NCBI GenBank assembly: GCA_050012395.1
Contig: JBEKHG010000021.1
Span: forward strand, 7,834 to 71,833
Direction: 5' to 3'
DNA length: 64,000 nt
DNA from: Candidatus Acidiferrales bacterium
GTDB taxonomy: Bacteria; Acidobacteriota; Terriglobia; Acidiferrales; UBA7541
This document shows, piece after piece, positions 57,345 to 64,000 of the stretch (its first letter is position 1; every line of letters starts with the position of its first letter). The notes beneath the pieces were generated by a model. It had not been told where the DNA came from. It ran no database searches and was given only the letters and a program-made list of their open reading frames with translations. Both the position numbers and the translations under genes were made by a program.

Positions 57345-58250
57345 CTACGCTTCGGCGCGGCGTTCGCGCTTCGATAGCCACAGCCACAAGACCACTCCGG
57401 CGATGACACAGCCAAGCCCGGCGGCCTGCGCGTTGGACATTCCTAAAAACGAGCGCGGGTTGATGCGGATGAATTCAACCAGAAAACGCGCCAAGCCGGT
57501 CCAAATCAGATAGCTTGCGAATACGGATCCATCCGGCGGACGCCGTCCGCCTTCAGCGCTCTTTGCACGCTGTGCAGCGGAATTCCCGTGAAGCGCTACA
57601 ATCTGGCGGGCGCCGACTCTCCATAGCCACCAGGCGATGAGGCACGCGACGATCAATTCGTAAATCGGCGTGGGATGGACGCGCTGAGTGGTGGGGACCA
57701 GGCCGTTGGGAAAACTCATGCCCCAGGGAAGCGAAGTGGGGATTCCGTAATCGCCGTCGCCGGAAAGAAAGCAGCCGATGCGTCCGATTCCGTAGCCGAG
57801 CGCGGCGGCGGGCGAGCCTGCGTCGAGCAATGTAAGGAGCGGGATTTTTTGGCGGCGGCCGACCAGGACGAAGGCCGCGAATCCGGCGAGCAAACCTCCG
57901 AACCACGCGAAGCCGTAAGGGCTGATGAGCTGGTCGAGTGGATGCGCAAAAAAATCCGCGGGCGATTCGAGGACGTGATAGAGCTTCGCGCCAACGATTC
58001 CAGCCAGACAAGGAATCGCGATCAACATTTCGGCTTCGGCGTTGGCGGCCGCGCGAATACCGGCGGCGGGCTTGCCGGAGCGTTTTACCGGGAGATTGTC
58101 GGCCGGCGCAACGAGGCCGCGGCGTATCAAGTCGGCACGCAACATGAAAAACGCGGCAAGCATCGCGCAAGCCACCATCAGGCCAAACGTCGGGATGGTT
58201 ACCGGTCCGAGATGGAGAAAGGGAATCACGCCGCAGAATTGTTGGATCAA
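57345..58250 (-). CDS. lgt: prolipoprotein diacylglyceryl transferase family protein
   Basis: Polytopic membrane protein. Motifs FAWFGGLLAG, GIGRIGCFLSGDGDYG and VHPTPIYE match Lgt-family conserved blocks, though the G-loop is atypical. Confidence 0.7.
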   Translation of the reverse strand: MIQQFCGVIPFLHLGPVTIPTFGLMVACAMLAAFFMLRADLIRRGLVAPADNLPVKRSGKPAAGIRAAANAEAEMLIAIPCLAGIVGAKLYHVLESPADFFAHPLDQLISPYGFAWFGGLLAGFAAFVLVGRRQKIPLLTLLDAGSPAAALGYGIGRIGCFLSGDGDYGIPTSLPWGMSFPNGLVPTTQRVHPTPIYELIVACLIAWWLWRVGARQIVALHGNSAAQRAKSAEGGRRPPDGSVFASYLIWTGLARFLVEFIRINPRSFLGMSNAQAAGLGCVIAGVVLWLWLSKRERRAEA

Positions 58251-58360
58251 TAGTTTACAGGCTTGCGCGGGTAAAACGCATGCTAATCCGCGGCGGCGAA
58301 ATTCTGATATTCTTTCGCGGCCGGTCCGGCGCGCGAGCAGCGGCCGCAGAGGAGCTCATC

Positions 58361-58837
58361 ATGAAGCCCACTACAACTCGCCACAGTAATATAGGCGGTA
58401 GCGCTCTGCGCGCGATTTCAGTTGGTGTGCTGCTCATTTGCGTCGCCGCGTCGGCCTCCTCCGATTCGCCGCGCGAGCCCGTGATTCACCCTTTGCAGAA
58501 CGCAAATTTTGCTTCGCATTCAGACATACCGTGCCTTCAGACGGCGCTCGAAGCGGGAGATCCCGACACTGGCCCTTCGGCCGTGTTGGTGAAGATGGAG
58601 AAGGGCTGTGTCTACGCGTGGCATTTTCACACGGCGGTTGAAGAGATAATCGTGATAAAAGGCGAATTCAAAGTCGAGATGTTCAGCATGCCGGCGGCCG
58701 TTCTCGGGCCCGGCGGTTACGCTCAGGTTCCCAGCAATGAGAAGCATCAATACTCATGCAGCGCGAAGGGCGAGTGTCTTTGGTTCGTCAGGATCGATCG
58801 CGTGTTCGACAGCAAGGAAGTGAAACGCCCCAATTAG
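58361..58837 (+). CDS. secreted cupin-domain protein
   Basis: GAGGAG RBS before ATG 58361. Signal peptide present. CVYAWHFHTAVEEIIVIKGEF ... PSNEKHQYSC are cupin motifs. Confidence 0.7.
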   Translation: MKPTTTRHSNIGGSALRAISVGVLLICVAASASSDSPREPVIHPLQNANFASHSDIPCLQTALEAGDPDTGPSAVLVKMEKGCVYAWHFHTAVEEIIVIKGEFKVEMFSMPAAVLGPGGYAQVPSNEKHQYSCSAKGECLWFVRIDRVFDSKEVKRPN

Positions 58838-59099
58838 CTCGATACAGAACTGCGTATCGCAAAGCCAAAGTGAAATCCGGTGTTGCCGTGTAGCCCTGGA
58901 TAAGTACGGACTCGTTTTCAAATAGGGGCGTTTTTGTCTTCGGGCCGGAAATGGGGCAAAGTTTGAAAGAGCAAGCCGACAGGCAGGTGCGGTGCGGTGC
59001 TCCTCCCAATATTAATCCCTGGCTTGAGCTGCTCCGGACAGGAATGGGCAGGCATAGCTGCCCATTCCCGGGAAGCAGACTGGCCGACCAGCGCCGTGG

Positions 59100-60485
59100 T
59101 CAGAACGTCAGATTGTCGAAGTCTCCCGCCAACTGATTTGCGCCCGAGTTGATAGCATCGTAAGGAACTGAAAATTCGACGTAGGCGATATTAGAGTCGC
59201 TTACAGTCAATTTCTGAAAGGTGGCGGTGTTGGTCGGATCAGCTTCCGCTGTCTGCAATAGCGTTCCGGAAGAGTTAAACGCACTCAGGAACGCAGCTTC
59301 CGAAGCGGGGACGCTGCCAAGGCAAGCTGCATCTTGACCGATGCACGTCTGCAGGACCTCGATGCTCACGCTGCTTTGTACGGACGAAAAGTTGGCGCGA
59401 ACGGTGCCCCACTGTTGCTCCAGCGTTGGTGTATTACCGATCGTACTCACGACGTTCGGCGCGGAGAAGGCAAAGCCGGTGCCGGCCGCGACGGCGAAAA
59501 CCCCGGAACCACCGAGACAAAGCGTGGTGCCCAGAGTGCAAGAGACAAACTGGAAGGTGACGCCGTCCGAGCTATACGTGTTGACGACGGAGGTGCCGCT
59601 GGCGATCGCGCTGCCGCCGGGAGTGGTGTCGAAATTGATGGTGGTGGGCGTGATAGCGCCGCCATCGAGCGTCCTGAGCAGCACTCCAACGGGACTGTAC
59701 ACTGTAATTGATGGGGTGCCGGCGTTCGAAACGTAGATGTTCCCCGTTTTATCCAGTGCAACGCCCTCGGGCAGATTCATTCCGGTGGTGATAGTCAGCA
59801 GGGTCTTGCCTGGGGGACTGTACTTTACGACATCGTTGGAGAACCGGTACGAAACGTAAATGTTTCCGCGGACGAGTATTCCAGTCGGTCCCGTGCTTAC
59901 GGAATCGGTGTACTTGGTAATCTCAATTGGAAAATCCGTGAGGAAATTTCCGATGTTGTAACTGATGACATCGCCCCCAATGACCGCAGCATAAATGTCC
60001 GGTCCCGAAATTGCGAGCGCGCCGGGCGCGGTGAAGGGAACTCCGCTCTTGTCTTGAGTTAGAGTTTCCACCAGGTCTCCCGCGGCGTTGTAGGCCACGA
60101 GATTGTTGGAGAGATTGTTTGCGGCGTAAATGTCTCCATAAGCGTCCACGGCCACGCCCAAAGGATGGCTCAAGCCGCTAATGGTGCGAGTGAGGGCGAG
60201 CGACTTGTTGTAAACCGTGATCGTGCCGGTGGTGAAATTCGTGACGTAAAGATTGCCCGCACCGTCAAAAGCAAGCCGGGTGGGTCCGCTAATTCCGGTG
60301 GTTATTGTGTTCAGCACCGCTCCGGTGGTGGGATTCAATTCGAGCACGTTGTTCGCGCCCTGGTTTGCCACCCAGAGATTGCCGGCAGAGTCAAAAGCAA
60401 GGCCGTTTGGGTCATTGAGCTGAGCGTGGGCCGGCACAGCAAAACAAACGGCCAGTAGCCCGAACAGAAGCAATTTATGTTTCAT
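59100..60485 (-). CDS. secreted NHL-repeat beta-propeller protein with extra C-terminal domain
   Basis: Signal peptide present. Six repeats of the type GLAFDSAGNLWVAN / RLAFDGAGNLYVTN. A ~170-aa C-terminal beta-rich domain follows. Confidence 0.85.
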   Translation of the reverse strand: MKHKLLLFGLLAVCFAVPAHAQLNDPNGLAFDSAGNLWVANQGANNVLELNPTTGAVLNTITTGISGPTRLAFDGAGNLYVTNFTTGTITVYNKSLALTRTISGLSHPLGVAVDAYGDIYAANNLSNNLVAYNAAGDLVETLTQDKSGVPFTAPGALAISGPDIYAAVIGGDVISYNIGNFLTDFPIEITKYTDSVSTGPTGILVRGNIYVSYRFSNDVVKYSPPGKTLLTITTGMNLPEGVALDKTGNIYVSNAGTPSITVYSPVGVLLRTLDGGAITPTTINFDTTPGGSAIASGTSVVNTYSSDGVTFQFVSCTLGTTLCLGGSGVFAVAAGTGFAFSAPNVVSTIGNTPTLEQQWGTVRANFSSVQSSVSIEVLQTCIGQDAACLGSVPASEAAFLSAFNSSGTLLQTAEADPTNTATFQKLTVSDSNIAYVEFSVPYDAINSGANQLAGDFDNLTF

Positions 60486-60713
60486 TGAATCATCTCCCTA
60501 TTACACGGGTTTGACTTTCTATAGAAATGCCCGCCAATGCGGGTTATCACCCCTCAGGCACAACAAAAAGGTTGCGTTTGTGACTCGAAGTCTGCCCTTA
60601 CTCTCTATAGCGGAGAGGGGGAGCGAAAACTGTCATGCGCATGCCTTTTTTCCTGGAGCAAGGGGGCAACGCCGGAACGTGCCAAGGTTGACGCGGGCTT
60701 TTAACGAGTGACT

Positions 60714-63359
60714 TTATTTCTTGGCGGAGGCGTTCGATTCCGCGAGATTGGCGTCGCAGTTCGCAATTCTGGCAAGGAGGTCTTTTTGGGCGGGAGCAAC
60801 CAGGGAATCGGACGCGCCGAGGCGTTTGGCTTCCAGCAAAGTATCCAAACTGCTTTGATAGGCTGAACGCGCCTGGTTCCAGCGAGCGATTTTCTCCGTA
60901 TGCGATATGCCGGGCTGCCCGGCGTCGCGCGAGTAGGCGAAGGCGATGGCGGTGTAAGCGTCAACAATATCCGGCAGCGTGACGTAGGTGCCGGAATTGT
61001 CTCCGCGCCGCATTTGTTGGGCCACATCCAGTCCTTTGCGTAGATTTATCATCCCTTCGGTGGAGTGTCCCAAAGCGCTTTGTACTGCACCGATGTGCAT
61101 GTAGCTGTAGCCGATATACCTCTGGGCGCGGACTTCGGCGGGATCCGCCGTCGAAATGCGCTGAAAAATTGCGAGACCCTGCTGAAGGCTGGCGAGCGCC
61201 TGGGGAAGTTCATTTTTTTTCTGTTCGTAATATCCCGTCCAGTAATAGCTTTCGCCGATGTAATGCGTGTAGGTTGCATTTCCCGGATCGGCTTGCGACA
61301 AGCTCTTCAAGATGGCCATGGCTTTCACTTGCATGGCGATCGCCTGGTCAAAATCTCCTTGCCTGTTAAACGCACCGGCCATAAAACCATAGGTGCCGGC
61401 AAGCCTGGTTTGCATGTTGGCTTGCAGTTCCGGCGAGGCGAAGACAGTTGTTTCGCGAATCGTCGCGGCCTTGCGATAACTTTCCAGAGCTCCTTGCAGA
61501 TCGCCGGTATAAGCCTGGCATTGGCCCATCGAGAAATACTCGCCTGCAAGGGACTCCTGGGATTCCGGCCTAGAGTTCAGAACGCGTCCCTCGATGGTAA
61601 AAGCCTTTTGGAAATATTGCATAGCGCCGGGGCAATCACCGCGCGAGCTGGAAACCAGTCCGAGGCGATGATAATCGGCGGCGAGGAATTGCTCGGCATC
61701 TTCCGAATGGTCACCGCTTCGCTCGATGGATTCTCGAATCGCGAGAGCTTTTTTGTAACTTGCCAGCGCGCCGGTTGTGTCGCCCAAATTTGCGGAGTGG
61801 GGATCACCCTGCACGTCGCCAACTTTTTCGTACGCGGTGGCCAGTTCTTTCTGCAAAGACGGGTCGTTGCCTTCATCACTGGCGAGGCCGTCGAGATAGT
61901 GGAGGGCCCGATCGACCAGAAGCTTGCGAGCTTTGGTGGCACCCGGAAGATCTTTGATGGCGTCGTGTACATCGAACATCAGCGCATTCGCCAGCGCGCG
62001 GACATCTTGAAAGCGCCGCTCGGCACGTTGCTGTTGAAAACGGGCGATCTGCGCTTCGCGCACGATGGCCGCGGCTCCGGCGGTTAATCCAATGGCTATC
62101 AGGATGGCGGCGGCCACGGCGGCTTGATGCCTTCTGATAAATTTGCGGGCGCGATATTGCAGCGTCCCGCTGGCGGCGTTGACTGGAAGACCTTGGAGAT
62201 AGCGCCGTATGTCCTCGGATAATTGGTCGGCGGAAACGTAACGGCGGCCAGGTTCTTTGCGCAGCGCTTTCAAAATTATATTGTCGAGATCGCCGGATAA
62301 CTCTCGCCGAAGCTTTTCCGCGTTCTCCTGAGAAAACTCAATCGATGTTGACGCGCCCGAATACGCGGTACGCACGGCAGGTTCTTGGTCGCGGTCGGGA
62401 TGCATCACGGCGGCGCTGGGCTTCTCCGGTTCGCTGGAACAAATTGCGTTCACCATTTCGTTGAGCGAAGTGGTATTCACACGATACGGACGCCGGCCAA
62501 CGAGCAGCACATACAGAATCGCGCCCAGCGAGTACACGTCCGTGGCAGTAGTAATGGCTTCGTTGCGAACCTGTTCAGGGCTGGCGTAGTCCGGCGTCAT
62601 GATGGGCAGGAGCGTGGCCGTATGCTCCGCGCCAGGTTGGGGCTGCGAAGAGTTCAGGAGTTTTCCGATGCCGAAGTCCAGGAGCTTGGGAACGCCTTGC
62701 GGCGTGACCAAAATATTCTGCGGCTTCAAATCGCGATGAACGACGAGGTTTTGGTGGGCGTACTGCACCGCGTCGCAAACACTACGAAAGAGCATCAGGC
62801 GTTCGCGAATGTCCAATTTGTGAGTGGCGCAATATCGATCGATGGGCTGGCCTTCCACCAATTCCATGACGAAGAAGGGAAGGCCGTCATCGGTGGTGCC
62901 ACCGTCGAGCAGGGAAGCGATATTGGGATGTTCCAGGCCGGCGAGAATTTGCCGCTCATTTCGAAAGCGGCGAACGATCAAAGCAGTGTCGTATCCCTGA
63001 CGAATGAGCTTGATGGCGACTTCTTTATGGAACTGATCGTCGGCGCGCACGCCGCGATACACTTCGCCCATGCCGCCGCTGCCGAGTTTTGCGACCAATT
63101 CGTACTGGCCGATTCGTCTGCCGAGCATGGTGCGGCCATCGGCGTCCTGATTCGCGAAACTTTCGGCGGCCAGCTCAAGGGCGGGAGTTTCAATGAATTT
63201 ATGGGTGTGCGCTCCGTAATAGAGGAGCGATTCCACTTCACGGCGCAACCCGTCTTCGCCGTTGCAGTTTTGTTGCAGGAATGCGGCGCGGGCACTCTCG
63301 TCCTGTTCCAGCGCGGCGTGGTACAAATCTTCGATGCGTTTCCAGCGCTCAGGCTCCAT
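60714..63359 (-). CDS. Ser/Thr protein kinase with TM helix and TPR-rich C-terminal region
   Basis: LGSGGMGEVYRG, HRDLKPQNIL, DFGIGK and TPDYASPEQ support the kinase. These are followed by a TM helix (AAVAAAILIAIGLTAGAAAIV) and multiple TPRs. Confidence 0.95.
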   Translation of the reverse strand: MEPERWKRIEDLYHAALEQDESARAAFLQQNCNGEDGLRREVESLLYYGAHTHKFIETPALELAAESFANQDADGRTMLGRRIGQYELVAKLGSGGMGEVYRGVRADDQFHKEVAIKLIRQGYDTALIVRRFRNERQILAGLEHPNIASLLDGGTTDDGLPFFVMELVEGQPIDRYCATHKLDIRERLMLFRSVCDAVQYAHQNLVVHRDLKPQNILVTPQGVPKLLDFGIGKLLNSSQPQPGAEHTATLLPIMTPDYASPEQVRNEAITTATDVYSLGAILYVLLVGRRPYRVNTTSLNEMVNAICSSEPEKPSAAVMHPDRDQEPAVRTAYSGASTSIEFSQENAEKLRRELSGDLDNIILKALRKEPGRRYVSADQLSEDIRRYLQGLPVNAASGTLQYRARKFIRRHQAAVAAAILIAIGLTAGAAAIVREAQIARFQQQRAERRFQDVRALANALMFDVHDAIKDLPGATKARKLLVDRALHYLDGLASDEGNDPSLQKELATAYEKVGDVQGDPHSANLGDTTGALASYKKALAIRESIERSGDHSEDAEQFLAADYHRLGLVSSSRGDCPGAMQYFQKAFTIEGRVLNSRPESQESLAGEYFSMGQCQAYTGDLQGALESYRKAATIRETTVFASPELQANMQTRLAGTYGFMAGAFNRQGDFDQAIAMQVKAMAILKSLSQADPGNATYTHYIGESYYWTGYYEQKKNELPQALASLQQGLAIFQRISTADPAEVRAQRYIGYSYMHIGAVQSALGHSTEGMINLRKGLDVAQQMRRGDNSGTYVTLPDIVDAYTAIAFAYSRDAGQPGISHTEKIARWNQARSAYQSSLDTLLEAKRLGASDSLVAPAQKDLLARIANCDANLAESNASAKK

Positions 63360-63380
63360 CGTGATTTCCCGGGCGACAAA

Positions 63381-63974
63381 TCATGGCGAAGTATGGGGCT
63401 GTTGCTGGTCGTGGACCATTTCACGCAGCAGCCAACTTTTTGCGAAATTCCAGTCTCGATGCACCGTCTCGTTTGATATTTTCAAAATGTCCGCAGTTTC
63501 GTCCACGGTTAAACCGCCAAAGAAACGCAATTCCACTACTTGCGATTTGCGCACGTCTTTTTCGGCGAGCTTATTGAGGGCATCGTCCAGCGCCACCAGA
63601 TAGGCCGGCAGATTGGGAGAAATGAAAAGCGCTTCGTCGAACGTGATGTGCTCGGCTTCGCCTCCACGTTTTTGCGAGTGGCTCGCGCGCGCAAAGTCGG
63701 TGAGGACGCGCCGCATCATGCGCGCGCAAATGGCGAAAAAATGCGCGCGATTCTGCCAATTCACGTTTTTCAGATCAACCAAGCGGACGTAGGTTTCGTT
63801 GATGAGGGCGGTAGTCTGGAGCGTGTGGCCGCGCGATTCGCGAGCCATGAAACGTTTTGCCAAGCGATGCAGCTCTTCGTAAACAAGAACGGTCAGGCGT
63901 TTCAACGCGTCTTCGTCGCCATTTTCCCAGGCGTGAAGGAGTAGCGTGACGTCGCGAGTTGGGCTGTCGGGCAT
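63381..63974 (-). CDS. ECF-type sigma-70 family factor (kinase-associated Sig70_X6-like type)
   Basis: TLLLHAWENGDEDALKRLTVLVYEELHRLAKRFM ... TTALINETYVRL is the signature N-terminus of this ECF subgroup. The region-4 HTH is at the C-terminus. It ends 21 nt upstream of the kinase gene. Confidence 0.9.
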   Translation of the reverse strand: MPDSPTRDVTLLLHAWENGDEDALKRLTVLVYEELHRLAKRFMARESRGHTLQTTALINETYVRLVDLKNVNWQNRAHFFAICARMMRRVLTDFARASHSQKRGGEAEHITFDEALFISPNLPAYLVALDDALNKLAEKDVRKSQVVELRFFGGLTVDETADILKISNETVHRDWNFAKSWLLREMVHDQQQPHTSP

Positions 63975-64000
63975 TTACACCACCGCCGTGCTGCGGAGGA

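Noticed and set aside
61065-63476. Long plus-strand ORFs (61065-62087, 340 aa; 62385-63476, 363 aa)
   Set aside because: They lie entirely antisense to the well-supported kinase and ECF sigma genes. Their composition is Arg/Gly/Ala-rich, as is typical of shadow ORFs in GC-rich DNA. They have no RBS and no recognisable motifs.

Overview
GC-rich bacterial chromosomal segment. GC was judged by eye, not computed. I call about 67 protein-coding genes. I see no rRNA, tRNA, CRISPR array, transposase, integrase or phage gene. The gene content suggests an Acidobacteriota-like soil bacterium, but this is inference only: two Ser/Thr kinases with TPR tails, an ECF sigma factor of the kinase-associated type, a PEP-CTERM protein plus EpsI, a DUF2950/DUF3300 pair, NHL propellers, and many secreted or His/Gly-rich hypothetical proteins. 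Layout: 0-9 kb holds small stress/detox-type enzymes (DinB, VOC x2, GlcG-like, DJ-1/PfpI, SDR, cupin, NTF2-like). 9-13 kb holds an outer-membrane barrel and DUF2950/DUF3300. 13-26 kb holds housekeeping-type enzymes, with an AT-rich islet of three tiny ORFs at about 18-19 kb. 26.6-34.9 kb holds three tandem secreted 4-Cys paralogs, a large PAS-GGDEF-EAL sensor and a divergent Ser/Thr kinase. 37.7-41.9 kb holds a PilZ-like gene and two inverted STAS paralogs that bracket a divergent pair of novel membrane-anchored paralogs and a truncated DUF3604 gene. 49.8-54.9 kb holds an orphan ba3-type CuA subunit II with a dihaem cytochrome c, an orphan MlaE, and a PAS-HK/LuxR two-component pair. 59-64 kb holds an ECF sigma - Ser/Thr kinase - NHL operon. 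I found no recognisable defence or mobile system. Two signals are the most interesting ones not explained by gene calls. (1) A recurrent 30-38 nt two-tier hairpin element has a conserved apical loop and compensatory stem changes, and is clustered around the novel paralog pair. (2) Three independent cases exist of small gene modules bracketed by diverged direct repeats; in two of them the repeat is a duplicated 3' end of the upstream gene. All family names come from my recognition of motifs in the translated ORFs. No database search was run. Percent identities are hand counts.
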